Source of the DNA: Coniocarpon cinnabarinum
Lineage: Eukaryota
Reading direction: 5' to 3'
Assembly: GCA_051942205.1 (NCBI GenBank)
Contig: JAVECO010000098.1
Coordinates: 1 to 64,000, forward strand
Length of the DNA stretch: 64,000 nucleotides
The notes beneath the pieces were generated by a model, which saw only the letters and a list, made by a program, of their open reading frames with translations, was not told the DNA's origin and did not search any database. Position 1 is the first letter of the stretch. Every line of letters starts with the position of its first letter. Below are positions 25,919 to 37,480 of this stretch, in pieces. The translations under genes and the position numbers were made by a program.

Positions 25919-28288
25919 TCAAACATGAAGCCTTTCTGTGAAGGCGCCTTTCGATTGGGTGTCATCATGATCTTGCATGTTTTCTTTGTTCTCAGCTGAC
26001 GCACTTGTAATTTGACTCCTTTGATGGTGCTCTCCGGGAGGGTTGGGTTCTTCGCCGCTTTTCGCCTTGTCTCCTTCGTCTTTTTTGGGAACCTCAACAA
26101 CAATCACATCAAGCAGTGCACCTTCGTCATGTGGCTCGCCTTGACCGATTTTGTCCAGTATTCTTGCTGCTCTACGGAACTCGTCCCGTATCGCAACTAT
26201 ACCGTGATGTGTGACAGTTCGTGCCACATTATGATCTAGCTCAAATGGATCCTCAATGGCGAACAGATATCGGTGCTTGACCTCTTTACCGCCGTTCTCT
26301 TCGGTGGTCTTGGCGCCTGTCCAGGTCTTTTCGACTTTGCTCAGGACACCGTTCGGTGACCTTAACGACAGAACGTCTCGGGTCCAGTTGAAGCCACCAT
26401 GAACAGAAGCCGGACCTTGTGTAGCGTAGTAGATGAAGAAGCCGCGAAGCAATGCCCCCAGTGGCTCGCGATTGTGGGTGAGTAGCTGCCGTCTTGCCAA
26501 ATCGGCGAGCTCGATTTCGTTGCGATGAAAGCGGACATCAAGACCTTCACAAACTTGATTAGGGTCATGTGGATCTGGTTCGACGAAAAGTCGTTGCGGT
26601 GGCCAATCGGCTGACTGCACTACACGCTGCGTTTCCCACAATTGAAGATTTGGACAGACTGGAGGCGAACAAATGTTGACAAGGAAGTGCAGAACCATTA
26701 ATACAAAGCCATATGAGGACAGCGTGCCATTATAGCCCGAGTTGATCTTGCGGTGACTGGCCCAAAGCTTGACGAAGAGGACAAGTAGACGTACGCGAAC
26801 GTCACATGTCGCGTAGGCATGCAGAAGTGCAGTGTTGTGAATGCCGAGGGGGTTCGAGAAATTTATGTCCGTAAGGATGCCAGCTGTATGCTTCGGAAAA
26901 TCAAGTGGTCCAGGAGGTCTTTCACGATACCATGGTCTCTCTTTACGGGGCCCGCGATTGTTGGATTGACCGTGCAACGCAGCTTGCAGGTCAAAATCAG
27001 GTGGTGGTGCATTTGCAACAATCCATCGGTCGAGCTCCGTCGGTCTCTCCCTTCTGACTCGCTCGAGCTGGTGTGAATACTGAACGTGGGTCGGCGATGT
27101 GGTCTTCTGAGACGAAGCTTGCGCTATGAGTTCCCCTGGTTTGTTATGAGGATGTTGAGGCTCATGCCCTTGTCCACTTGGTGTTTGCGCGGAGGTTCGA
27201 CTGTGTTCGCTGGGCTTGGTGGCATCATTCATACGGTGCAGTGCGCTGTCACTGCCTCCATCTCCTATGTCAGACTTGCTAGAATGCCCTTCAGCAGACT
27301 CCTCGACAGTCGCGTCGTCTTGGGAGGGTTGCTGCCGCTGGTTCTTGGCGTCCTTTTTCCTCACAGGGCCTCGATCGTGTTCCAATTTCTCCTCGAGGGA
27401 CATTGCATCCCACTTTTCTCGCTCTTCACGTAAAGCGACATACAATTCTTGCGAAGGTCGTTCACACACTTTCAAGATCGGCACTCGGGTTCTGGTAAGC
27501 AGTCTTGCTCCCAAGTGATGCTCGAGAAGCGTAATCTCTAGCAGACGCAGCATGTCATCAGATATTTGCGGCGCAATCAACGCTAGATCCATGTCAGACC
27601 CTGGCATGCCAAATCCAGAAGCGAAGCTCCCAAACGCAATAAGCTTGATTGGAAATGCATTTTCGTGGTAGTTCTGTTGAATGGCATCCTGCAGCAAGCT
27701 CTCTAGACTTCGTCTAAACGATTCTTTGCTAGCGCACTCTTCTTCACTCATCTCAAGCTTTGGGACCTCATACTTGACGAGTTGTTCGAGATACAAGCTT
27801 TGTGCCTGGATCTCATCCATGCTCGGTATGCGAGGCCCATAGGTAGGTCTAGGATTAAAAAGCCTCGAACCATCTCGAGCACCTCGGGCGGGACCCCGAG
27901 TATCACGCCATCCGTTGCCTCTCACAGGCCGTTCATGAGCAGAATTTTGGAGGATTGATGTTTGTCGTACCTCAAGGTCGGACTTCTTGTCGGGCTTGCC
28001 TCTGTTGCCATAGAAGCTTCCTCGACCTCTTTTGGATGTTTTGTCAGACGTTTGACCAGTAGCTATTGACTGTGCGCCGTTGATGACTGAGTTATCAGCA
28101 TTCCTTTGCACAACTCGAACAGGTTGCCTCGAAGCATCAATCTTGTCTTGACGTGGCAATCGTGATCTCGCCTCTGGAATGTTGGGACGATCTGGATTCT
28201 GTGCCGCTTCCTGTTTCTGTGATGCGTTATCTAGGACTAGGGAACGCAAGCGCTGATTAAGCTCTTCGTTGCTTCCCGTACTATCCAT
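25919..28288 (-). CDS. Cid1-family non-canonical poly(A)/poly(U) polymerase (terminal nucleotidyltransferase)
   Basis: FGSFASGFGMPGSDMDL catalytic motif, RVPILK, DINFSN, GTLSSYG, PAP-associated AIEDPFELDHNVAR. Confidence 0.9.
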   Translation of the reverse strand: MDSTGSNEELNQRLRSLVLDNASQKQEAAQNPDRPNIPEARSRLPRQDKIDASRQPVRVVQRNADNSVINGAQSIATGQTSDKTSKRGRGSFYGNRGKPDKKSDLEVRQTSILQNSAHERPVRGNGWRDTRGPARGARDGSRLFNPRPTYGPRIPSMDEIQAQSLYLEQLVKYEVPKLEMSEEECASKESFRRSLESLLQDAIQQNYHENAFPIKLIAFGSFASGFGMPGSDMDLALIAPQISDDMLRLLEITLLEHHLGARLLTRTRVPILKVCERPSQELYVALREEREKWDAMSLEEKLEHDRGPVRKKDAKNQRQQPSQDDATVEESAEGHSSKSDIGDGGSDSALHRMNDATKPSEHSRTSAQTPSGQGHEPQHPHNKPGELIAQASSQKTTSPTHVQYSHQLERVRRERPTELDRWIVANAPPPDFDLQAALHGQSNNRGPRKERPWYRERPPGPLDFPKHTAGILTDINFSNPLGIHNTALLHAYATCDVRVRLLVLFVKLWASHRKINSGYNGTLSSYGFVLMVLHFLVNICSPPVCPNLQLWETQRVVQSADWPPQRLFVEPDPHDPNQVCEGLDVRFHRNEIELADLARRQLLTHNREPLGALLRGFFIYYATQGPASVHGGFNWTRDVLSLRSPNGVLSKVEKTWTGAKTTEENGGKEVKHRYLFAIEDPFELDHNVARTVTHHGIVAIRDEFRRAARILDKIGQGEPHDEGALLDVIVVEVPKKDEGDKAKSGEEPNPPGEHHQRSQITSASAENKENMQDHDDTQSKGAFTERLHV

Positions 28289-28801
28289 GATCCCAATTAT
28301 CTTGAGGTCGAGTATGCCTCAGACGCCAATGTAGAACACGTGGTGCGGTTCGCGAATTGCTATTACGGTTCAATTGAGCCATAAGAAGGCGTCAGCTGGG
28401 TAGTACAAACTTTGTCGACTTTCACCCGCAGACACGTGCTTGCTCGAATCGCGTATGGGAGTCAGCCAAGGTACACGAGTAGGAATTCCTTCGACCCTGC
28501 CAAGTCCCGGCTGAGATCGTCCTAGTGCCAAGACGCTAATTGAGATGCGGACAACTTCATGTTCGCATTGTTCAATCTCGTGCTTCTTTCTATGCCTGTG
28601 CGCTCTTGTTGCGTTCACTCTCACACCCACGTCCAATGTCACGTCGACTAGCTACGCCCCATGGATTACAAGCGCCTTAGTTTGTGCTGTTTGACGTCAG
28701 AAACGTAAACTTCGACAGCCACTTCGTCTGCATCCGCGAGGCGGCTTTACGCACAATTTACTCCCATTACTGGGCCCAGCGCACTTCTCGTCTCGCACAA
28801 C

Positions 28802-31042
28802 ATGAGCGCTCCCAACTCTGCGTCTTCAAGCGCCACCATGAATGGTCAAATACCCTCAAAGCCTTCGCCAGGCACACCCAATGGACCTCCTCCGGGCTTT
28901 CGACCAAATGCGCGACGACCTCCGAAACCTGCCAATCCACTGGCAGCAACGAAGTCCACCCGACGTTTTGCTCCTCCGGCACGCCCTAATAATGGTGTTT
29001 CCACTGCAACCAATGGAGCTCGGCCACAGAATCAACCACCACTTGCCTCTGAGGAGGAATATGAAGATATTCCCATATTTTCGACACGCCGTTCTCTCAT
29101 TGAGGGCGCAAAGCACCACATTCTTCGCTTCGCACCTGCGGCAAGCTCTTCTGAACAGACCGTGGACATATTCAACGCATCTCAATTCGAACGTCCCATT
29201 CGGCTACATCGACGGGATCCGCACATCAATCATGTTGGCAACTTGGACGATAATCCCAATGTTGGCGAGCAGGCGCCACCTGCCAAGACAGTGGACGACA
29301 AGGAGCGAGAGAAGCAGGAAATCCTCAAGGCAGAGCGACGTGCGGAGCGGGAGGCAGACCAAGCTTTGATTGCTCCGACAAACAAATCGCAGAAACCAAA
29401 GAAGGACAAGCCGCGAAAAGATCAAAATTTCGTACAAAGCTACAGTGACAACGTCAATAAGCAAAAGAACATGACGATCCGATATGAGGAGAAGCTGCCT
29501 TGGCACGTCGAAGATTTTGACAACAAGCAGACCTGGCGTGGTGCCTACGAGTATCCGTTGTCGGAGAATCATGTAGCTCTGATCGAGAGTCGAGACCGCA
29601 ACGGGCACAAAATTTACCAAATGCTACCCATGCAGAAGTGGTACAAATTCTCACGCAAAAATCAGTACAAGACGTTGAGCTACCAGGCGGCAGAATCCGC
29701 CATGAAGAAGGGCGCTGCCGACCCACTTTGGATACGCAAAGCTCGAATTGCAGAGGAAAGAACGCGACGTGCCAGCAATGAGCGTGATGCGGCTAAGGGT
29801 ATCTTTGCCAGGAAAAGCGATCGTGGTGAGCAGGCGCTCGGAGGACGGATTAAGTTTGAAGACGAGGAACAACGGGAGACGGCAGTTGATGCAGATGACA
29901 TTGACTTCAACGCAGAAGAAGACTTCGCTGACGATGAAGAAGGTCCTGCGCCGGTTGGGAAAGAGGAAGAGGACGAGGCCAAGGAAGTCAATCAGCGTGT
30001 GAAGAAAGAACAGCTCGAAGCCAACATCTTCGAGATCAAGGATCAAAAGGATTGGGATGCCGAAGAAGAGGCAGAGAAGATGCGGCGCAAAGCGGAGAGA
30101 AAGCATCGTAAGCGAATGCGCAAGGCGCTGCAGGAACGCGAAAAGAACTTTGATTTCGATGAGGAGAGTGAGGAAGACGACAGCTCTGGAGACTCAGACG
30201 ACAGCGAGATTGAGCGCCTGAAAGAAGAGGAGAAAAGACACGAGGAGGAGCTCAAAGCGTTGGAAAGCAAGGGCGGTAAGGACAAAGTTGCGTCGGGGGC
30301 TTCGACTGCTCGCACAGGGACACCCAATCCCGTGCGGCCTTCAAAGCCTGACGATCCCCGTCGCAAAGTCTTGAAGAGAGCCGGGTCACCAAACCTGTCC
30401 GATGCGAGCGGCAACGAGTCGTCCTCGCGAAAGAAGTTGAAGCAAAAGCACGGTCCATCTGCTCTGGCTGGGGATGGCGCCACAGCATCTCGGCCTGGAT
30501 CTCCGGGGTACAGCGCTACTACTACTGGCGGTCCTGATGTTGTGGCACCGGCGCCATTGCGTCCAGGCGTGAAGCTGAATCTGGATTCTCCCACGAGGCA
30601 GGCGTCACCTACAAGAGCCGGAGGCACCAGCGACGTGGAGATGAGTGACAGTGGAGCGCTGCGAAAGAAGAAGAAGAAGGGCTCGGGCAACAGTTCACCG
30701 CGTGAGTCCCGTCCGGGCAGCCCTGAAGGCGCTCATGCGGCCGAGCGAGGACCAGGTAAGTGAAGTTGGCAGCCTTGTTCGCAGTACCTGTTCTGACATG
30801 ATGAATCTGCAGTCACGTCTCAAGCGAACATCGAGACCATCAAGGCCAGCATCCCCAACACGGGCGTGACCATGAATGCATTTGTCTTGATACCGAAGAT
30901 CAAGGTGATGCGCAACCGGGACACGAAGGCCTTTACCAACATGCTGAAGGCGCACGCGGACTACGATGCGGCGTCGAAGATGCTGTACCCCAAGGGACGA
31001 GTGCCTAAGCCCAATCCGCCAGCTGGTGGAGCGGCCGCGTGA
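28802..31042 (+). CDS. TFG1: transcription initiation factor TFIIF large (alpha) subunit
   Basis: RPIRLHRRDP, RYEEKLPWHVEDFDNKQTW.G.YE, MLPMQKWYKF, acidic/basic charged region. Intron 30756-30812, then a short last exon ending ...GGAAA*. Confidence 0.9.
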
Positions 31043-32035
31043 TGAAGGCGTGACGGCATGGAGATGCCTATGGGCGGTGACACAGTTGGATGACATGGCA
31101 GAGAGGCATATCGGGAGAGCAGATACATAATGTATGAATGACGAAAGGGTATCATGGCACGACAATTGGGCGGTGAGTGATCAAGCCAGTGCCGGCCGTT
31201 GGGATGTGGAGTCGGCCACCGCGCGGCTATCTGGCACAGTCGTCATGTTCGACACCGATAGAGATATGTGAGAGACATTGGAACGCTTCGGCGCACACTC
31301 CATGCACAACAGCGGTCGTTGCATGGGTACCTACCTGCCCAGTGAGGTACCTGGGTACTTTATGTAGCTAGTGCGGTGTGCATCAGGTGTCCTCTGTCCA
31401 TCACAATGCGGATGCGCGCACGGTGATTGGTGGGTCACTGCCAAGACTGGCCGGGAGGGTGGGCGCTTAGCAGAGAGAGAATGAGGGAGAGATTCAATGT
31501 TGAGAGAGGGGGTCGCCGTGCAGCAATCGTGACCCCGCCCTTGGTCCCGTGCAGCAAATGCAGCCTCCAAACATGTTCGTTGCCTGATTGGCAATCGATA
31601 ACGCTCCTCCACCCACCACGTCCCCCATGCCCGTCCTCTCCTGCACTCTCCCCAAACTCTCTGCATCTTCTCTCTCCCCCTTTGCCGCACCCGGTGCCCA
31701 TATCACATCTTGCCCTCCTCTAGCCTCGGCGGCTGCTGCAACGCTCCCTGTGCTTCGACTCCCCCTCCAGCCGCCGGCCGACCTCGCCATGTCTGCTCGC
31801 CCAGGTTCAATAAGTACGTGCCGTGCTGCCGCGTCGTGTCATGATGCGCGTCTCGTAGTCGTAGGTAGGCATCCACCGTCCTTCTTTCTCAAGTAAACCG
31901 CTGCCGATCCTATAGTACCCACCGGGCGCCCGGGGCTGCATGCGCTTGTACTTTCCCTCTCAGTTCCTGTTTCACGCGTCACCTGTCCATACTCTCATGT
32001 GCGCGATCGTCTGAAGAAGTAAGACAAGCGTCAAG

Positions 32036-33898
32036 ATGCCCGAGAGAGCGAGCTACAGCCTCTTCCCTCCCTCCGAAGAAGTGCTGCGCAGGCAACACAG
32101 TAAGCGCGCCTCTCGCGCCAGGACTCCCAGTGGCACCCTCAGCAAGCGCTCGACGTCCGCCCACTCGAGCGTTGGCGACAATCATAGCATATTCGAAGAG
32201 AACAAGACTTCAAGCGAGATCGAGCGTGCTCCAGCTTCAAAGTCGACCGATGACCTGGCCTCACAAGCTCGAGAAGAGCGACGCAACTCGACGTTGCAGA
32301 AGCTTGCAGAGAATCGAGCGCATCGAAGACGGCGCTCGACTGAGCTCTCGACCATCTACTCCCCTCCTCCAGACGCGACCGAACACAAGACGCCGTTGAC
32401 CGACCTGTCAACCGATACAGCTCCCCCACCCTCGCATCCACTTCCGTCTGTCGCCCGTCCCTCACCGACCATCGACACCAAAGCCCTCAAACCACCGTCC
32501 AAGCGCACAGTCCAGCCAAACGGCACGCGCCACGCACGAAATCCTACCAACTCGACGGTCAACAGCACAACTAAACCCTCTCCCATCACGCCCGAGTCGC
32601 AAACCTCGGCAGTATCTCTCTTCACGCCCATTACTCCCCCATCCGCAGGTCCCTCACCTGTCAAGTACCCCGCCATCCCACGGTTGAGCTCGTCGCCTGC
32701 ACCTCCAAACAATGAAACATGGACGATGCCAAGACGAAGTCACTCACGTTCTACGAACCACAGTCAAACTACCACTGCTGATCTCATCGCTTCATACGCG
32801 CACATGAGGGACGGCAGCTATGGCCGCACTGTCGCCCCAAGCCGGATGCAACGTGCGCCTTCAAACGCTACATCAGCACGAACTGGTCACAGCCATGGCA
32901 CAGCAACGCCTAGACCAAGTGTCTCGAACGATAAGCAAAGTGCCACCACTGCGACTCATGCCACTCAACAAGGCCTTCGTTCCATGTTTCCAACATACAA
33001 TCCAGCCGAGCCTCTGCAATCACAAGAACCGCGAAAAGAGAACCAATATACACCACAATTCCATCTTCCCGCGCAACGCATAGAAAGCAAGCCATATCCA
33101 CAGCGTTCAGCAACGCCGAGCTTAACGAGGGAGGCACTAGAAGCACATAACGCTGCGAATGATGGCGACTCTACAAGCAAACCCGATGCGTCAGAGAAAC
33201 CAGAGAGACAGGAAGGTAGGTCCAAGTCCGAGCCGACGAAATCGACTGTTCAGCACCCACCCCGGTCGCAGTCTCTCCCGCAGCACAACAAGCAGCAGGG
33301 GCAGACATTCCTTGACAATTCCTCCGTCACTTCAGGGCAAGCACCGCAGTCACAATCTCAGAAGGCACCAACGTTTCCCCCACCACCTCGACGTGAGACG
33401 TCAGTGAAATCTTCACGCACGCGCGCCTTGCTTACAAAGCCTCGACCACCTCCCAAGGACGATGCGAAGTCCAAGCGCGGCGGCTCAACGACCGTGGTCG
33501 AAAGCATACCCGAAGAACAAGCCCTCGTGCCTAAGAAAAACGGAATCTTCGATAAGAAGCAAAAGACGCTCGACTTCCAGCTTTCGCACGGTGCTTATAG
33601 GGCCGCGACTTCCGCCACGACTAAATACGACAAAGATCTGGACGCCGTGACCACCACAGCTACAACGACGATCGTAAACGTGCCGAATCAGAAGGGCCCG
33701 CTGCATGCGAGCACGCAGAAGGAATACGCCGAGATCATTGATGGAAAGGAGTTCAAAAAGGAGGACATTGATTTGCAGCATCAGCATAGCGTGGCGGTTG
33801 CCCTCGGGGCAGTTGCATTTGTTATGGGCGCTGGCGTGGAGTTGGTGGGTGGTGCGGTTAACAGTGTCAAGGGCGGGGTGAAGCCGAAGAAGAGATGA
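32036..33898 (+). CDS. hypothetical disordered Ser/Thr/Pro-rich protein with C-terminal hydrophobic segment
   Basis: Uninterrupted 620-aa ORF ending VAVALGAVAFVMGAGVELVGGAVNSVKGGVKPKKR. Confidence 0.75.
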   Translation: MPERASYSLFPPSEEVLRRQHSKRASRARTPSGTLSKRSTSAHSSVGDNHSIFEENKTSSEIERAPASKSTDDLASQAREERRNSTLQKLAENRAHRRRRSTELSTIYSPPPDATEHKTPLTDLSTDTAPPPSHPLPSVARPSPTIDTKALKPPSKRTVQPNGTRHARNPTNSTVNSTTKPSPITPESQTSAVSLFTPITPPSAGPSPVKYPAIPRLSSSPAPPNNETWTMPRRSHSRSTNHSQTTTADLIASYAHMRDGSYGRTVAPSRMQRAPSNATSARTGHSHGTATPRPSVSNDKQSATTATHATQQGLRSMFPTYNPAEPLQSQEPRKENQYTPQFHLPAQRIESKPYPQRSATPSLTREALEAHNAANDGDSTSKPDASEKPERQEGRSKSEPTKSTVQHPPRSQSLPQHNKQQGQTFLDNSSVTSGQAPQSQSQKAPTFPPPPRRETSVKSSRTRALLTKPRPPPKDDAKSKRGGSTTVVESIPEEQALVPKKNGIFDKKQKTLDFQLSHGAYRAATSATTKYDKDLDAVTTTATTTIVNVPNQKGPLHASTQKEYAEIIDGKEFKKEDIDLQHQHSVAVALGAVAFVMGAGVELVGGAVNSVKGGVKPKKR

Positions 33899-34149
33899 AG
33901 TTGTAGCGATTTGCTCAGCATGTGGACAGCTATGAAGTTAGACGATGTCATATAGAGGGGAAGTGAATACATCTGATCATTATTGATTTAAGTTCTATTA
34001 TTTCTTGTTACAATCTTAATTGACTGGAGTACTTTCCTGTATTGATTGGAGGTTGTCGTCAGGCAATCTCCTGAGCTACCCACCAGCACGTGTGAAAATG
34101 GGTCTCAGTGTCACGATGTTCAACATCGTCCCTTCTCTTTCCCAAGCCC

Positions 34150-34840
34150 AACTCACCTATGGGTGGCAGCCCAACGCAAGGATGTTTGAAACATCCTTCG
34201 AACTCAGCAAATCCAAAGAGGTCCATTGTGAGGTCTACTGCTGCAACAAATTCCTCATAGAATTCTTTGTCGTCACTTGATGATTCGTCTTCCTAAGAAG
34301 ACGAGCTTCTCGGCGGTGAGGCCCTTCGGGTGGACTTTTTTGTAGCGTCATTACTTAACCGCGTAGTTCGGAGCTCGTCTCATCTATGTCCCTGGCGGGG
34401 AGGATTGAACCTCAGGAAATCCAGGCTGTTCGTTGTGAGATCTGCTGCTGAGAGTTTGGGCCCCATCGGATTCTTTGTCGGAATCCTGATGATGCATCTT
34501 CCTTGAAGGAGGGCTACTGAATAGTGAGGTCTTCGGATGGATTTTCTGCCATTACTCGATGCTTCGTTGCTCAATGGCGCGGCTTCGAGCTCGGCTCACC
34601 GGCTCACCTATGTCTCTAGAGAAGAGGGCTGAACCTTCGGAGATCCAGAATTGTCCATTGTGAGATCTGCTGCTGAGATGTTGCACCTCATAGGATTCTT
34701 TGTCGGAACCCTGATGATGCATCACCCTTTGAGCTTGGGCGAAAGCTTCGGAAATTCTTGCCCTCATGTTCCTGGAGCTTGACCGTTCAGTGGTGCAATG
34801 CTCGAGCTCCTATCTCGCACGGTTTCGAGGAGTTGAGTTG
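34150..34840. repeat. degenerate tandem array A (about 207-225 nt unit, 3 copies plus a partial)
   Basis: Core ttgtgag(a/g)tct(g/a)ctgc...attctttgtcg...tgatgat at 34226, 34433 and 34658. Confidence 0.85.
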
Positions 34841-34929
34841 GTCCAGCCATCCTCTCATCGTGCAAGCTTTCTTAGCTGCTTCTGAGCCTTATCGGACATA
34901 GCTTGTTGCGGAGGGATCCGTCTTTTTTA

Positions 34930-35895
34930 GTCGCTTGGCTTGTCTGGCTGATCTCTTGTCTTTGATGCCAGATCTGCGCGGCAGGCACGGTCCACGGCGT
35001 CATACGAGCCTCTTCAACTGTCTTTTACCCGAAATTTAACAACGATCCTGATGGATGATACGACCGTCGTCCAGTCGCTTGGCTTGGCCATCCACCCGTC
35101 TCGATCCTGGCCACGTCACCACACATGTACGGGGCACGGCCTCATACGAGCCTCTTCATCGGGGATTTGATCCGATTCTCAACTGTGCATCCTGTGGTGG
35201 GGGATCATGTCGTTTGGTTTCATGGCTTGGTTCTCTTCCCATACGAAATGCCTCCTACATCCAGGATATTGTAAAACCGCGGTTTCATCGCCTGTGGAGA
35301 GATGGCTTGCCTCTTCTGGCAAAATCTTTCAGACAAGTACCACCATCCTCATACGAGCCTCTTCATCTGCTTTTTCTTTCAGACTCCTAACCGCACATCC
35401 TGCACATGATGCTGTGAGCGGATTTATTTAGTGGCATTGGCTTGCCGACCCACCGCGTCGCTCCTCGTGTCGAAACTCTGAGGGAGCACGATCCACGGCC
35501 TCATTGGGTCCTCTTCAATTACCATTGATCCGACTCCCATCCGCACATCCTGACCCGTAGTTGATTGCGTGTCTAGGATGAACACACGTACGGCTCACCG
35601 TTGGACTTCCGGCCCTGCAATGCTTCAACATCTGTCCCTGCTAAGCTATTGATGGTAGGATCTGGCACTGCCTGTGACGGACTATCGGCAGCATTGGAGG
35701 CCCCTGCTGGTGATTCTACGCCGCTCACCATCATTTGGCGTTGTGTGCACGTCTGTTCTTTAGGTGCTTCTAGAGCTTCGCCCAAGCACGTTCCAAGGCC
35801 AATATGAGCCTCTTCATCGGTTCGATCTCCAGCAAACCTGAACGAATGGTTCGAAGATGCAAGTTGTCCACCCTCATACGAGCCTCTTCATCTGC
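34930..35895. repeat. degenerate array B with core CATACGAGCCTCTTCA (6 copies)
   Basis: Exact core at 35001, 35143, 35350 and 35875; variants at 35502 and 35800. Confidence 0.85.
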
Positions 35896-36199
35896 GCAGC
35901 GGTCTCGAAGCCATCCTGAACCGATCGATCGGTGCTGCAAATTGATCCCATGCAAGGTCTAGCCTTCGTGTTGTCGGTGTCCTAGTATTCGAGTCCTAGT
36001 ATTCGACTCTCCGCCCTAAGCGCACAAGGTCCGGTGCAACCTGTACGAAAACCACTGGGTCATCGGGTGGAGCTCAAGGCTCTGAAAGAAGGGTCACCAC
36101 TCAGCAAGCGGGTGTCAGCTTCGGGTTCTCCAAGACGGACCTTTAGTGTTGATGTTTGAGTTAGCCGCGTGTGCACCGTTCCTGAAATTTGCATGTTCC

Positions 36200-36830
36200 A
36201 TGCATAGAGAAGCTGCACTCGCACTCTGGTCCTATGATGAGCGGGGGTCGACGGATTTTGCCGAGGTCAACATCAACTCGAGGAGTCTCCAGGACTCCAA
36301 TCCTGTTGCTGTTGATGTTGCTAATGCTGTCTGCTCGTGCGCTGTTCGGGTTCCATGGTAGCTGCACCCGCACTCTGGCCTCGAAGATTAGCTGAGCTCG
36401 AACTTTTGTGTCGAGGTCGGCATCAACATGCGGAGTCTCCAGGACGCCAATCCTGTTGGTTTTGATGTTGCTAATGCAATCTGCTCGTGCAACGCCCTAG
36501 CCTATGCGGCGGGCTGCTTCCAGTGGAGCTGCACTCGCACTCTGGTCCTAGATTCGTTCTTCGGAGCCCCCGGAACTCTCCCTTTCCCTTTGGGATCAAT
36601 GTCAGTGCAGAATCTCCAGGGCTGTTCCTTGCTGATGGTGACACTGGCGCTTATGCGCTGTCCCCTGAGCAGCTGCATCTGCCCTGAGGTCTTCGTTGTT
36701 CGCCGCACCGTCGCTCTGAGACCCCTCATTCTGAGCAGCGAATCCGACGAAACACCGCGATGCTGAGTCTCCAGGACTCTCCCCTGTCAGATTGGTGTGA
36801 GTGCAGGATCCCCAAGGCTGTCCTCGTTAT
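36200..36830. repeat. degenerate tandem array C (about 145-167 nt unit, 3-4 copies)
   Basis: gctgcac(t/c)cgcactctgg at 36212, 36361 and 36528; gagtctccaggac...aatcctgttg...gatgttgctaatgc duplicated. Confidence 0.85.
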
Positions 36831-37149
36831 TGTTGTTGGTACAACCAGGGTACACAGCCGACTCGTCCAATAGCAGATCTAGTCTGCACTCCCACAATCT
36901 CGTGGTTTCAACGTGGGCTGACTACGCAACCTTGTGGAAAAAAGAATCTTCTACTGTCCTGGCATTCAGGACACATTGGTCCTCCTCCTTCCTATATCTG
37001 AACAGGGCGCGAAGCTCAAGAACAACCTTTGCAACGACTCTCGAGCTGATCCACAGGATCCTCAGCAGGGTTCCTGGTGGTTGAAGGAAAGATGTTCACG
37101 AGTTGCTGATGTAACGCGACGTCGTCAAGGCGAATTTGCAGGCCGGAAG

Positions 37150-37450
37150 GTCTTCCAGAGATCCTTCCCATGAGAGGCTGTGGAAACTGGGATCCACTTC
37201 AAATGGTTAGACTGATCTCACTATCCTGTGCGTCTGGTGTTTCACGGTCTGTTGCGAGATCTTTCAGGAAACGAAACCTTCCCATGAGAGGCTGTGAGAA
37301 AGATTGGAATCCACTTCAAGTGGTTATACGGATCTCACTGTCCTGTGGGTTTGGCGGTTTGTTGTCAGATATTCCAGGAAACCTTCCCATGGGAGGCTGT
37401 GAGAAAGAGTAGAATCCACTTCAAGTGGACAGAGTCATCTCAGTGTCTTG
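37150..37450. repeat. tandem array D (114/105 nt unit, 3 copies)
   Basis: ccttcccatg(a/g)gaggctgtg...atccacttcaa(a/g)tgg at 37163, 37277 and 37382. Confidence 0.92.
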
Positions 37451-37480
37451 GATGAGTGTTGAACTGTGTTGTCCCAAGCC

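Noticed and set aside
4422..31042. Functional cluster of general transcription factors (TFIIB and TFIIF-alpha)
   Set aside because: They are 23 kb apart with unrelated genes between them, so chance linkage is likely.
34930..35895. CRISPR-like repeat/spacer array
   Set aside because: The context is eukaryotic, the core is only 16 nt and non-palindromic, spacers are irregular and related to each other, and there are no cas genes.
35981..36008. 14-nt direct duplication cctagtattcgagt/cctagtattcgact as a target-site duplication
   Set aside because: The copies are adjacent with nothing inserted between them, which is compatible with simple slippage. An excision footprint cannot be shown.
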